A DNA stretch of 64,000 nt from Candidatus Magasanikiibacteriota bacterium (GTDB taxonomy: Bacteria > Patescibacteriota > Patescibacteriia > Magasanikbacterales > UBA922): positions 68 through 64,067 of the forward strand of contig JACQQA010000005.1 of NCBI GenBank assembly GCA_016207245.1, read 5' to 3'. Shown here one piece after another: positions 7,946-17,620 of this stretch (its first letter is position 1; each line of letters opens with the position of its first letter). The translations under genes were made by a program, and so were the position numbers. The notes under the pieces are model-generated. The model made no database searches. It had not been told where the DNA came from and saw only the letters and a list, made by a program, of their open reading frames with translations.

Positions 7946-9055
7946 ATGCGTCTAACTTCTCGTCAACTTTTTCTCTGGCGCAGTTTTGACTGGGTGATTT
8001 TGGCATTGGTTTTGGTTTTGACGGCCATCAGTTTGGCGGCGATTTACAGCATTGATTTATCCCGCGGCGATGTTTTGAATTTTTTTCCCACGCAGGCGCT
8101 GGCAGTAGCGGTTGGGTTGGTTTTATTTTTTACGGCGGGTTTTTTCCACATTTCATTCTATCGCGCCTCAGCTAAATTAGTTTATCTTTTTTCATTATTG
8201 TTATTAATTGCGGTTTTATTTTTCGGACAATCTTTGCGCGGAACCACCGGCTGGTTTCGGTTGGGCAGTTTTTCTTTTCAGCCCGCGGAATTCGCCAAAG
8301 TCGGGTTGGCGATTTTTTTAGCCTGGTGGATCAGCATTCAGGCGCGGCGGTTTGACCGCTGGCAGTTTTTGCTGACTAGCGGGTTTTTCACGCTTTTGCC
8401 GATTGGTCTGATTATGTTTCAGCCGGATTTGGGTTCGGCGATGGTTTTGTTCAGCGTTTGGTTCGGTTTGTTATTTTTAGTCGGGGTAAAAAAAAGATAT
8501 ATCGCGTTATTAGTGGCGCTATCCAGCATCACCGCCGTGGCATCATGGTTTTTTTTGTTTCAAGATTATCAAAAAGATCGTTTGCTGACGTTTCTGGATC
8601 CGTCGCGCGAACCGCTCAAAGCCGGTTATAACGTGAATCAGTCGGTAATCGCAATCGGCGCCGGACAAATATTCGGCCGCGGGCTGGGTTTTGGCTCGCA
8701 GAGCCAATTGCATTTCTTGCCGGAAGCCCAGACCGACTTTATTTTTTCCGTGATCGCCGAAGAACTTGGCTTTTTAGGCGTGTCAGTGGTTTTGGTGATT
8801 TATTTTTTATTGCTTTGGCGGCTTTTGTATATCGCCAAAACCAGCCGAGACGATTTTTTATCTTATTTGGTTTTGGGGATATTATTGGTGTTTTTTGTTC
8901 AGATTTTGGTTAATATCGGCGGCGCGGTCGGGCTCTTGCCGGTTACCGGCGTTACTTTGCCGTTTTTGAGCTATGGCGGCTCATCATTGGTGATGAATTT
9001 TTTGTTGTTGGGGGTGGTGGAGAGCGTCTATCGGTGTAGAGTAGCCAACTCTTGA
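7946..9055 (+). CDS. FtsW/RodA/SpoVE (SEDS) family peptidoglycan glycosyltransferase
   Basis: Polytopic membrane protein with SEDS blocks GWFRLGSFSFQPAEFAK, FQPDLGSA, LPEAQTDFIFSVIAEELG and LPFLSYGGSS. ATG at 7946 is preferred over the TTG at 7892, which lies inside a repeat. Confidence 0.85.
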   Translation: MRLTSRQLFLWRSFDWVILALVLVLTAISLAAIYSIDLSRGDVLNFFPTQALAVAVGLVLFFTAGFFHISFYRASAKLVYLFSLLLLIAVLFFGQSLRGTTGWFRLGSFSFQPAEFAKVGLAIFLAWWISIQARRFDRWQFLLTSGFFTLLPIGLIMFQPDLGSAMVLFSVWFGLLFLVGVKKRYIALLVALSSITAVASWFFLFQDYQKDRLLTFLDPSREPLKAGYNVNQSVIAIGAGQIFGRGLGFGSQSQLHFLPEAQTDFIFSVIAEELGFLGVSVVLVIYFLLLWRLLYIAKTSRDDFLSYLVLGILLVFFVQILVNIGGAVGLLPVTGVTLPFLSYGGSSLVMNFLLLGVVESVYRCRVANS

Positions 9056-9096
9056 CATTTATAGTATAATAATGATAAAGTATTGAACACTTAAAT

Positions 9097-9444
9097 ATGC
9101 ATAAAGATTCTAAACAACCCAAGCCGATTCAAGAAGGTTTGCGGCTGATGAATCAGTGTCCGGTTTGCAAGGGCGATTATCGGGCGGATCAGAAGAATAT
9201 ATTGGAAGAGAAAAACGAAGCGCATTTGGTTCACATCACCTGTCCGCATTGTTCCAATTCAATCGTGGCGGTAATTGTGACCACGCCGGTGGGTTTGAGT
9301 TCGGTCGGGATGCTTACGGATTTAGCGGCGGGAGATGTTTCCAGACTGTCTCATTGCGGTTCAATCAGCGAGGATGAATTATTTGCTTGTCATTTATTAT
9401 TAAAGGAGCGGAATCTATCAGAGATTTTTAGTGAAATAAAATAA
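9097..9444 (+). CDS. hypothetical zinc-ribbon protein
   Basis: 115 aa with CPVC...CPHC cysteine pairs. Confidence 0.45.
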   Translation: MHKDSKQPKPIQEGLRLMNQCPVCKGDYRADQKNILEEKNEAHLVHITCPHCSNSIVAVIVTTPVGLSSVGMLTDLAAGDVSRLSHCGSISEDELFACHLLLKERNLSEIFSEIK

Positions 9445-9445
9445 T

Positions 9446-10153
9446 ATGGTGTTTACGTTTACTGCGCAGAAAAGGACGGAGAAAAACGCGGACGTTGTGC
9501 GCGCCGCCGGCCAATTGCCAGGTATTTTATACGGCCAAGGCATTGAGCCGGTTTCGCTCGCGGCCGATCGCGTCAAATTTCAAAAATTATATGATCAAGC
9601 CGGGGAATCCAGTTTGATTGATTTCACCGTGGAAGGCGGGAAAGAGCCGGTGAAAGTTTTGATTCAAGATATTCAATACGATCCGGTAAAACAAAAACCG
9701 ATTCATTTTGATTTACGCCAAATTAGAATGGACAAGGAAATGGACGTTACAATCCAGATTCATTTTATCAATGAACCGCCGGCAGTCAAAGGGTTGGGCG
9801 GAACCCTGAATAAATCAATTGAAGAAATTGATGTTCGCTGTTTGCCGAAGGATTTAATCGGTTCGGTAGAAGTTGATTTGGGAGTTTTGCAGACATTTGA
9901 TGACGCGATTCATATTAAAGACATTAAATTTCCGGATGGCATTAAAGTCATGAATAAACTGGATTTGGTGGTCGCGAAAGTTATGCCGCCTTTGACCGAG
10001 GAGCAGTTGAAAGCCATGGAAGAGTCCGGTCCGAAGAGCGTTGAGGAAGTGGAAGTGGAGAAGAAAGGCAAAGTGGAAGAGGAAGGCGAAGCCGCGGCCG
10101 GCGAAGCTGGAGAAAAGAAGGAAGAGAAGAAAGAGGAGAAGAAAAAAGAATAA
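9446..10153 (+). CDS. rplY: 50S ribosomal protein L25 / general stress protein Ctc
   Basis: 235 aa. The N-terminus (AQKRTEKNADVVRAAGQLPGILYGQG..) and two-domain Ctc layout match the family. It has a K/E-rich tail. Confidence 0.85.
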   Translation: MVFTFTAQKRTEKNADVVRAAGQLPGILYGQGIEPVSLAADRVKFQKLYDQAGESSLIDFTVEGGKEPVKVLIQDIQYDPVKQKPIHFDLRQIRMDKEMDVTIQIHFINEPPAVKGLGGTLNKSIEEIDVRCLPKDLIGSVEVDLGVLQTFDDAIHIKDIKFPDGIKVMNKLDLVVAKVMPPLTEEQLKAMEESGPKSVEEVEVEKKGKVEEEGEAAAGEAGEKKEEKKEEKKKE

Positions 10154-10154
10154 C

Positions 10155-10180
10155 AAAAAAGCCCCGCGAGGGGCTTTTTG
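10155..10180 (+). terminator. rho-independent terminator after rplY
   Basis: AGCCCC-GCGA-GGGGCU hairpin followed by UUUUU. Confidence 0.75.
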
Positions 10181-10261
10181 AAATGACAAATGTTAAATAC
10201 CAAATTTCAAATAAAATGTCCAAATGTAAAAATTTTTCATCTAGCATTCATCACAAATTTG

Positions 10262-10270
10262 TGCTACAAT
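10262..10270 (+). promoter_or_regulatory. extended -10 promoter (TGCTACAAT) for a leaderless mRNA
   Basis: TACAAT ends at 10270 and the ATG is at 10277, which puts the A of the ATG at the expected transcription start. Confidence 0.5.
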
Positions 10271-10276
10271 GTATTC

Positions 10277-11422
10277 ATGCTGAAAAAACTTCCGCGTAAA
10301 CAATCTAATGAAACAAGACTGCTGTACCTCCTCGCCTGGTTGGTTTTTTTGGTTGCGTTGGGTTTGCTTGGATGGTTTGGGTACGGTTATTTGTTGAATC
10401 GGAATCAAGCGGATTTTAACAACACGGTAGAAGGCGATGATTTTGCGCAATCCGGAACTGACTGCCAATATCGCCGTGTGTTAGATGGCATTTGTGTCGC
10501 CAGCGAAGAAGAAATTAATCCAAAATTAGTCGCGGTGATGGTTGAAAATCACGTTGACGCGCGGCCGCTATCCGGTTTAGCCGAGGCGAGTGTGGTTTAC
10601 GAAGCGCCGGTGGAAGCGAATTACACCCGCTTTCTTGCAATTTATCCGGCGAATGTTAAAGTGGATAAAATCGGGCCGGTCAGAAGCGCGCGACCCTACT
10701 ATTTAGACTGGCTGTCCGAATACGGCGACGCGATGTATATGCATGTCGGCGGTTCTCCGGAAGCGATTGTTTTAATAAAAGAATACAAATTATTTGATCT
10801 GAATGAATTTTATTTCGGCCGATATTATTGGCGCGCGCCAGATCGTTCGGCTCCGCATTATATTTATACTTCATCGGAATTGTGGAGCCGGGCGTTGGAT
10901 GATTATTCAGATGAGGATTTAGTGGCGAATTATGAGGGATGGGCGTTTTCCACTTCATCACCCTTCGGCTCTGCTCAGGGCAGGCCTGATCACACCATCA
11001 CAACATCACTTGGCGAGAGTGAGTTGGCGGCGAGTTTAAAAATAACATTTTTATCGCCGAATTATATTGTTGATTGGAAGTTTAACAGTTCAACAAAGAA
11101 ATACGACCGGTATCAGGGGGATGAATTGCAGAGAGATACGAGCGGTAAAAAAATTAAAGCGGATACATTGATAATTCAGCGCGTTAAAAGTTTGGTGATT
11201 GATGAAATCGGCCGGAAGAAAATCAATACTGTCGGCAGCGGCGAAGCGATGGTTTTTTATGACGGTCAAAAAATTGACGGAATTTGGAAAAAAGAAAATA
11301 GAAATGACAGGACGAGGTTTTATGACGCTATTGGCGAGGAAATAAAATTAAAACCGGGGAAGATTTGGGTGGAGGTGGTGGGGGGAGATAGCGTGGTGCT
11401 GAACAATCCTTCCCCCTCGTAG
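10277..11422 (+). CDS. DUF3048 domain-containing (YerB-like) protein
   Basis: VAVMVENHVDARPLSGLAEASVVYEAPVEANYTRFLAIY is the DUF3048 core, preceded by an N-terminal TM helix. Start set at 10277, just downstream of the -10 element at 10262-10270. The ORF carries in-frame repeat words at 10962-11010. Confidence 0.75.
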   Translation: MLKKLPRKQSNETRLLYLLAWLVFLVALGLLGWFGYGYLLNRNQADFNNTVEGDDFAQSGTDCQYRRVLDGICVASEEEINPKLVAVMVENHVDARPLSGLAEASVVYEAPVEANYTRFLAIYPANVKVDKIGPVRSARPYYLDWLSEYGDAMYMHVGGSPEAIVLIKEYKLFDLNEFYFGRYYWRAPDRSAPHYIYTSSELWSRALDDYSDEDLVANYEGWAFSTSSPFGSAQGRPDHTITTSLGESELAASLKITFLSPNYIVDWKFNSSTKKYDRYQGDELQRDTSGKKIKADTLIIQRVKSLVIDEIGRKKINTVGSGEAMVFYDGQKIDGIWKKENRNDRTRFYDAIGEEIKLKPGKIWVEVVGGDSVVLNNPSPS

Positions 11423-11473
11423 GCTTCGGCCATGAGCTCAGCCGAACGGGGGGAGGCGGGGAGGGGGTCTCAG
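11405..11473. repeat. G/C-run palindromic element; left inverted repeat of the DUF559 cassette
   Basis: ccttccccctcgtaggcttcggccatgagctcagccgaacggggggaggcggggagggggtctcag. The last ~24 nt are a near-exact inverted copy of 11898-11920. Confidence 0.7.
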
Positions 11474-11519
11474 CGAGTGAAAAAGCAATCAATCCGCATA
11501 AATAGACATCAGCTTTTTT

Positions 11520-11900
11520 ATGTTAGCAAAAACAGAACCAAAACTCCGCGATCGTTATCCAGAAAATGAACATCTAAAATATCGCCGTCGTTCTCTCCGC
11601 CACTCGTTAACAAAAGCAGAGACTACTCTGTGGCAATGGTTAAGAAAAAATAAAACCGGTTTTAGATTTCGCCGTCAAACAAGCATCGGTAAATATATTG
11701 TTGATTTTTATTGCCATCAATTAAAACTTATCATAGAAGTTGACGGCGGAATACACGAGGAACAAGTTGGATATGATAATAAAAGGGAAACGTGGCTGAA
11801 AGAACAAGGTTATAAGATTTTAAGATTTAAGAACGAGGATGTTATTTATAATCTACCTTTGGTGTTGAGTCAGATAAATAATTTTGTTAACAAAGGTTGA
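11520..11900 (+). CDS. DUF559 endonuclease-domain protein (Vsr-like fold)
   Basis: 126 aa. LTKAETTLWQWLRKNKTGFRFRRQTSIGKYIVDFYCHQLKLIIEVDGGIH...ILRFKNEDV. Confidence 0.8.
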   Translation: MLAKTEPKLRDRYPENEHLKYRRRSLRHSLTKAETTLWQWLRKNKTGFRFRRQTSIGKYIVDFYCHQLKLIIEVDGGIHEEQVGYDNKRETWLKEQGYKILRFKNEDVIYNLPLVLSQINNFVNKG

Positions 11901-11940
11901 GACCCCCTCCTACCTCCCCCTACGAGGGGGAGGGATTTGA
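11898..11940. repeat. G/C-run palindromic element; right inverted repeat of the DUF559 cassette
   Basis: tgagaccccctcctacctccccctacgagggggaggga. Its reverse complement matches 11448-11473. Confidence 0.7.
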
Positions 11941-12137
11941 AACACTCCCTCCCACTAATATAATTGATGAACCCGCGGACCAGAATTGGCCGCTTCAAGC
12001 AACACACACCGAAGGATATTAATGCGGAAGTATACTGCATTTTTATTGATTTGTCAAGGGGTATTGGTGTATAATAAGCACATATCACACATCATCCAAT
12101 CAGTCTAAATCAATTTGGCTCTGTCTAAATCAATGCT

Positions 12138-12383
12138 ATGAAATACTTCTTCGGCATCGGGGCGATTATCGTTGGTATTTTTTTAGTAATTAAAACCGAA
12201 TGGTTTGTGCAGAATTTCGGCACCAGCAATTGGGCGGAAGAGCATCTCGGTTCCAGCGGCGGCACGCGGCTGATGTATAAATTCATCGGCGTCGCTTTTA
12301 TTATTCTCGCTATGATGGGGATGACCGGAATGTTGGGAGAAGTAATTATTAGTGTATTTGGTAGATTATTCGGATTAAAATGA
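12138..12383 (+). CDS. hypothetical small membrane protein
   Basis: 81 aa with two hydrophobic helices. Ends in TGA 1 nt before the next start. Confidence 0.5.
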   Translation: MKYFFGIGAIIVGIFLVIKTEWFVQNFGTSNWAEEHLGSSGGTRLMYKFIGVAFIILAMMGMTGMLGEVIISVFGRLFGLK

Positions 12384-12384
12384 T

Positions 12385-12936
12385 ATGTATCACAGTGGCA
12401 ACCAAATGATAGACCCCGCGGTCTTGTTTGAAAAAGTCCAATTGCGTCCCGGCATGCACGCGGCGGATTTGGGTTGCGGCAAGACCGGCCACGTGGTTTT
12501 TCCCGGCGCGGCGATTTTGGGCGAGCTGGGCGTGATGTACGCGGTGGATATTTTGAAAGAAGTTTTAGTTGAAATAAAAAAGCGCGCGGCAATAGAAAGT
12601 TTAATCAATATTCAGCCGGTCTGGTCGGATCTGGAGCGCATTGACGGCACAAAAATTCCGGCGCGCAGTCTGGATGTCGCCTTTATTATCAATATGTTGT
12701 TTCAAGCTAAAAATCGTCCGGCAGTTTTGGATGGCGCGCTGAAGTTATTAAAGAATAAAGCGCGGCTAATAGTGGTTGATTGGAGGAAAAACAGTCTGCC
12801 GTTCGCTCCGCCGGCGGATAAGTTGGTTGATTTTGGTGAAATTAAAAAATGGGCGAGAAACAAGGGGTTGGCGGTACAGGAAGAGTTTGACATGGGAGGA
12901 TACCATCATGGGGTGGTGTTGTATAAGCAAGACTAA
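12385..12936 (+). CDS. class I SAM-dependent methyltransferase
   Basis: 183 aa. Motif I ADLGCGKTG, followed by the usual acidic and post-I blocks. Confidence 0.65.
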   Translation: MYHSGNQMIDPAVLFEKVQLRPGMHAADLGCGKTGHVVFPGAAILGELGVMYAVDILKEVLVEIKKRAAIESLINIQPVWSDLERIDGTKIPARSLDVAFIINMLFQAKNRPAVLDGALKLLKNKARLIVVDWRKNSLPFAPPADKLVDFGEIKKWARNKGLAVQEEFDMGGYHHGVVLYKQD

Positions 12937-12965
12937 GTTAACTAAGTAGCTAAGTTTACTAAGTT

Positions 12966-13382
12966 GTGTCAAGAACGGAACTTCAAGAGATAGGCCGCTG
13001 GGGCGAAGAACAGGCTTCGCTTTTTTTAGTTAGGAACAAATATGAAGTCGCGACGCGAAATTATTTGGCGCGGGGCGGAGAGATTGATATCGTGGCGTGG
13101 GACCGAAGCGACAAAGACGAACCGGCGCTGTGTTTTGTGGAAGTAAAAACCAGAAGCGAAGGCGAAGACAGCGCGGAGTTGGCGGTGAATAAGGAGAAAG
13201 CGCAGAAAATAAAATCCACGGCGGAGAATTATTGCTACTTCAACCGGATTGATGTTGATAATACCCGCATCCGGTTTGAACACGTGAGCGTGTATGTGGA
13301 TAAAGAGAATAAGAAAATTAGTTTTAAAAAGTATATTTTGCCGAGCTTTCTTTTTGACAGAAGGCCGAAGTTTCGCAGATGA
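12966..13382 (+). CDS. yraN: YraN family (UPF0102) endonuclease
   Basis: GRWGEEQASLFLVRNKYEVATRNYLARGGEIDIVAWD....CFVEVKTRS. GTG start. Confidence 0.8.
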   Translation: MSRTELQEIGRWGEEQASLFLVRNKYEVATRNYLARGGEIDIVAWDRSDKDEPALCFVEVKTRSEGEDSAELAVNKEKAQKIKSTAENYCYFNRIDVDNTRIRFEHVSVYVDKENKKISFKKYILPSFLFDRRPKFRR

Positions 13383-13453
13383 TTAAAGCGATGATGTGAT
13401 GATGTGATGTGGTGAAAAGTGTGGTATAATTAAACCATCTTAAAAAATAAACT

Positions 13454-14647
13454 ATGGACACTTCTTCTCTTCCCGAAATCTTGCGTTATGGCGGTTCGGT
13501 TTTGTTAATGGTCGGCGTGACAATGTATTTTTTTTATAAACGTCGTGGCGGTGAGACAACATCTTTCACTACCAAAAATGTTGGCGGCGGGGTTGGTTGT
13601 CTGGGCGGTTTCGCGGTTGACTTGACAGTATTGGCGAGAGAAGGAAAAATCGATCCGGTGGTCGGGCGGGCGGAAGAAATTATGCGCGTCACCCAGGTTT
13701 TAACGCGCCGGACTAAAAATAACGTGATTTTAGCCGGTCCGCCGGGAGTTGGGAAAACCGCAATTGTTGAAGGTTTGGCAATGGGAATCGTCACCGGCGA
13801 TGTACCGCAGGTTTTGCGCAATAAGAGAATTTTATCTTTGCGCGTTTCAGAATTATTAGCCGGCACCAAGTACCGCGGAGAATTTGAACAGCGCGTGAAA
13901 AAAATAGTTGATGAAATCAGAATTTCAAACCGCACGATTATTTTATTTATTGACGAAATTCATACCGTGATGCAGACCAGAGGGGCGGAGGGGGCGGTGA
14001 ATTTTTCCGATATTTTAAAACCCGCTCTCGCCCGCGGAGATCTTCAACTCATCGGAGCAACGACAGAGAAAGAATACAACGAATTTATCGCGCCGGATGA
14101 AAGCGTTGCCCGCAGATTCCAGATGGTTTTGGTTGACGAGCCGACAGTCGCCGAGACGATTCAAATTCTGCACGGCATAAAAAAGAATTACGAAACTTTT
14201 CACCAGGTTAAATTTACCGACGAGGCGATTGAGGCCGCAGCGCGTTTGTCGCACGAATACATCAAAGGCCGGCGTTTGCCGGACAAGGCGATTGATGTGA
14301 TGGACGAAGCGGCGGCTATGGTTAATGTTAAAGAAGGCCTGCCGGTTGATCACGCTGTCGCCTTGCTTCACGGCGCAGCCGGGAAAGTTAGCGGAAACAA
14401 AAGCGACTTAAGCGAAGAGATGGCGCGTTTGCAAAAAGAACTGGTTTCTTTGCATTCGCAAGAAGAGAAGACACAAGATGAAAAAGCGCTGGTTTCAGTC
14501 AGAAAAAAAATTGTTGATAAAGTTAAAGAGATTGAAGAATATTCAGCGGCGCAGAAAGGCGATCAGGGGTGGATTGAGGTTGGTGTTGAGCATATCAAAG
14601 AAGTGGTGGCGGATTGGGTGGGGATGAAAAAAAACGAGATACATTGA
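13454..14647 (+). CDS. membrane-anchored Clp/Hsp100-type AAA+ ATPase consisting of NBD1 only
   Basis: N-terminal TM helix ([16 protein letters not shown]). ClpA/B/C NBD1 blocks: [12 protein letters not shown], Walker A GPPGVGKT, Walker [17 protein letters not shown] and VARRFQ. The protein ends in a coiled coil, and no NBD2 follows. Confidence 0.75.
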   Translation: MDTSSLPEILRYGGSVLLMVGVTMYFFYKRRGGETTSFTTKNVGGGVGCLGGFAVDLTVLAREGKIDPVVGRAEEIMRVTQVLTRRTKNNVILAGPPGVGKTAIVEGLAMGIVTGDVPQVLRNKRILSLRVSELLAGTKYRGEFEQRVKKIVDEIRISNRTIILFIDEIHTVMQTRGAEGAVNFSDILKPALARGDLQLIGATTEKEYNEFIAPDESVARRFQMVLVDEPTVAETIQILHGIKKNYETFHQVKFTDEAIEAAARLSHEYIKGRRLPDKAIDVMDEAAAMVNVKEGLPVDHAVALLHGAAGKVSGNKSDLSEEMARLQKELVSLHSQEEKTQDEKALVSVRKKIVDKVKEIEEYSAAQKGDQGWIEVGVEHIKEVVADWVGMKKNEIH

Positions 14648-14752
14648 GATAGGTTGAGATATTAAAAAGTATTTTTTATTGCCGGCCTGGCTGTTGATAA
14701 GTTGGTTTATAATTTGAACAATGGTATTTTTTGTGCTATTATTGTACTAAAT

Positions 14753-15091
14753 ATGGCAAACATGGTTTATCCTGATCAAAATAAAAACAGAACTTTTCTT
14801 CTTACTTGGGAAGGAGGGAGCTTAAATAACAAGAAAATCAATTTAGCGGTGACGGATCGGATTGTTGCCACTGTGGAAGAAATAAGAGAGGAAGACAAAT
14901 GGCGGCTGATTGGTAGTATTTATTCGAAAGAGGAGCTAGCGGAAGGTAAAAAATTTAATTTTGGTGATTTAAATATAATGGTCCAGCAAAAAAAAGTATT
15001 TTGGTTTATTAAAGAATTGATTTTGTTCGTTGATGGTAAGAAAGTGAAAGGCAATTCTTGGAAAGATTTTGCCATTGGTTTTTCACAGTAG
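14753..15091 (+). CDS. hypothetical protein
   Basis: ORF with ATG at 14753, preceded by TGCTATTAT. No recognised domain. Confidence 0.4.
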   Translation: MANMVYPDQNKNRTFLLTWEGGSLNNKKINLAVTDRIVATVEEIREEDKWRLIGSIYSKEELAEGKKFNFGDLNIMVQQKKVFWFIKELILFVDGKKVKGNSWKDFAIGFSQ

Positions 15092-15108
15092 TATAATGAT
15101 TTAAAATT

Positions 15109-15984
15109 ATGAATTTCGCGGATTTTTACGCGTCAATGAGTTTTGGCGCGAAGATGGGTTTATTGGGCTTGTTAATCTTCGCGGCTTTATTCGCGCTGTG
15201 GGTAAGCGCGATAGTTTCTATTATCCGTAATAAACAAATAGCGGTGGTTTCGCAAAAAATCGGCTGGATTGTTTTGAATTTATTCACTTTATCTATCGGT
15301 TCCGTAATTTATTTTTTCAGATTTAAATTTTTAAAACGCGCGTGGGCGAGTTTACTGTTGGTTTTGGCTTTTGTGGTTTTGATTGTGGTTTACGGATTAG
15401 CGCAATCAGCATCGCTACTATCTTCCACAAATGAAGATCATTGGGCATCTTGTCCGGTCGGGCAAGAGTGCGGCGCGGTGGCCGCGGAAACCGCTGATAC
15501 CTCATCCGTGAATTACGTGAAATTTGCTAATCCAAAATATCATTTTCAACTTGATTATCCGGAGGGCACGGTCGTTAGTCTGTCGGAATATCCGGCCACA
15601 AGAGAAAGAGCGGCGAGGTTTCCTTTGGTTGTTGACGGCGTGGTTCTTGATCAGATTGGCGGAAGTCTTACTGTCGCTGAAAAGGATATTTCTGATTCAG
15701 GAGTCAGCCCGAGCCAATATATGAAAGAGGCGGAAGACAGCGCTACACAATATTTGTTGGCAGGGGAAAAAATATTGGAACTTAAAGATATTGAGATCAG
15801 CGGAGCGCCGGCGAAAATAATCGTTAAAAGATTGAACATGCCGACACGGTTTGTTAAAACTTACGAGATGTTTACTGTAAAAGATAAAATGTATTTTGGC
15901 TTCACGTTTTCTGCTGACGAATCCGATTACGATAGTTTTATCGGTGTTGTCAAGCACACGGCTGATTCCTTGCGTCTAGAATAA
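15109..15984 (+). CDS. hypothetical membrane protein with PLDc_N-like N-terminal helices
   Basis: 291 aa. Three N-terminal TM helices with a cardiolipin-synthase-N-like pattern (WIVLNLFTLSIGSVIYFF). The extracytoplasmic C-domain is of unknown type. Confidence 0.5.
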   Translation: MNFADFYASMSFGAKMGLLGLLIFAALFALWVSAIVSIIRNKQIAVVSQKIGWIVLNLFTLSIGSVIYFFRFKFLKRAWASLLLVLAFVVLIVVYGLAQSASLLSSTNEDHWASCPVGQECGAVAAETADTSSVNYVKFANPKYHFQLDYPEGTVVSLSEYPATRERAARFPLVVDGVVLDQIGGSLTVAEKDISDSGVSPSQYMKEAEDSATQYLLAGEKILELKDIEISGAPAKIIVKRLNMPTRFVKTYEMFTVKDKMYFGFTFSADESDYDSFIGVVKHTADSLRLE

Positions 15985-16017
15985 TATTTTTTTAATATTC
16001 ATTAATAATTAAAATCT

Positions 16018-17586
16018 ATGCCCCCGAGAGCAAAAAAAATGGCAAAGTCCGCGGTTGCGCCGGACACGATACCGATCATACCACCAGCAGTTACTCCGAC
16101 TGTCGCAGCCACCGCGACAGAAGTGAAAACGAAAGTCGTCTCTAAAACCGCCATGGCGGTGGCAGTCGCCTTTTTAGGCTTTGCCGCGATCGCGGCCGGC
16201 ATGTTGACTTTGCCGCAAAGCGGTCCGAGCGGTAATAATTGTTTTGACAGTGATTATGCGACGAAGAATGACGGGGGGTCGTCAGTATTGAGGTATAGTT
16301 TTATCAACCAAGCAATCAAAGGCACAGCTTATGGCATACAAACAAATTCCACTCAATTTGTTTCCAGCACTGATAAGTGTTGGAATGATAAAAAATTGTT
16401 GGAATTTTTTTGCGATGTTAAAAATAACAAAGTAACTTGGAACAGTTTCGCTTGCGCAGCCGGAACAAGCTGTGTGGATGGAGCGTGTGTGAAGCCGGTG
16501 CCAGTGTATGATGAAACCACAGTACTGAAAGTGCAATTACCACCGCCACCGATATACTCTCAAATAATGACGACCGGTGTTGCCGGAGATGAATTATCAA
16601 AAGTGTATTTGAGTAGTTATCAGTTTTCAGCTACAGGGGGTGATGTGCTTGTTAAGAGTGTTAAGCTCGCTCCGGTAGTGGGTGATTCTAATTTAACCTC
16701 ATTAAATGATTACGATTCTATTTATTTGGCTTCTAATTCTGTGGATATACCTAATGCAGTTGGTATACCGACTGGCTCTGGTGAGATTGTACTGCAGACA
16801 ACAGATTTTGTCGTCAAGCCCGGTACGGCGTCGTCGTCTCCTTATTCCAGTCTTAATGTAAAAGCAGTTTTACAACCGCTTAAACCGTCAGGCGGGGCAA
16901 CATCAGGCCATGTGATTGGTTATAAAATTATAAATCCGATAGAGGCCGTGTCATTGACGACAGGCAAGGCGGTAAAGGTAAATTTTAATGATGGGGGCGG
17001 TGTTTATCATTTTCTACACAAGAGCCGGCCGGTCATCTCGAACAAACCTCTTGCAAGTAAAAAATTGACTAATGGTGTGAATGATTTATATAAATTTAGT
17101 ATTAAAGCTGAAAGCGGTGATGTTGGCTTATATAAGGTTTCTTTTAAGATGGTATATGCTAATGTCAACGTACAGTCCCTGCAGCTTTTTGATGTTACCG
17201 ATAGTAATGATGGGATACTAATCGGTGAGTTAAGCAAGTTGGGTAAATTGAATGATAATGGAGAATTGTGGGCCACCAGCGGAACCGAGTGGGCAACTAA
17301 TTATCCTATTAATGAAATTACTATTGCGAAGAATCAATCAAGGGTTTTTGTATTACGAGCCAATTTAACCAATGTGTTGAATTATTATACAACCATTGTT
17401 ACCTCTTTTATTTATCAGCCAGCCGATGTTGTTATGGATAAACCGTGGACCGCGGCTGCCGGAGTGAACGGATATTTTGTCTGGTCGGATAAGAGCAGCG
17501 CGGCGCACAGTGTAAATTCCAATGATTGGACAGATGGAACCGCAGTTCCTGGCCCAGTTTCCCTTACGACGACACTGTCATCTTGA
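16018..17586 (+). CDS. hypothetical secreted/surface protein
   Basis: 522 aa. N-terminal TM anchor (AVAVAFLGFAAIAAGML), a Cys-containing module, then a beta-rich region. No recognised catalytic motif. Confidence 0.5.
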   Translation: MPPRAKKMAKSAVAPDTIPIIPPAVTPTVAATATEVKTKVVSKTAMAVAVAFLGFAAIAAGMLTLPQSGPSGNNCFDSDYATKNDGGSSVLRYSFINQAIKGTAYGIQTNSTQFVSSTDKCWNDKKLLEFFCDVKNNKVTWNSFACAAGTSCVDGACVKPVPVYDETTVLKVQLPPPPIYSQIMTTGVAGDELSKVYLSSYQFSATGGDVLVKSVKLAPVVGDSNLTSLNDYDSIYLASNSVDIPNAVGIPTGSGEIVLQTTDFVVKPGTASSSPYSSLNVKAVLQPLKPSGGATSGHVIGYKIINPIEAVSLTTGKAVKVNFNDGGGVYHFLHKSRPVISNKPLASKKLTNGVNDLYKFSIKAESGDVGLYKVSFKMVYANVNVQSLQLFDVTDSNDGILIGELSKLGKLNDNGELWATSGTEWATNYPINEITIAKNQSRVFVLRANLTNVLNYYTTIVTSFIYQPADVVMDKPWTAAAGVNGYFVWSDKSSAAHSVNSNDWTDGTAVPGPVSLTTTLSS

Positions 17587-17591
17587 AACTG

Positions 17592-17620
17592 TTGACAAGT
17601 ATTTCACTCCGTGGTATAAT
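17592..17620 (+). promoter_or_regulatory. consensus sigma70 promoter (TTGACA-17-TATAAT) of nusA
   Basis: TTGACA at 17592-17597, a 17-nt spacer, TATAAT at 17615-17620. Confidence 0.75.
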
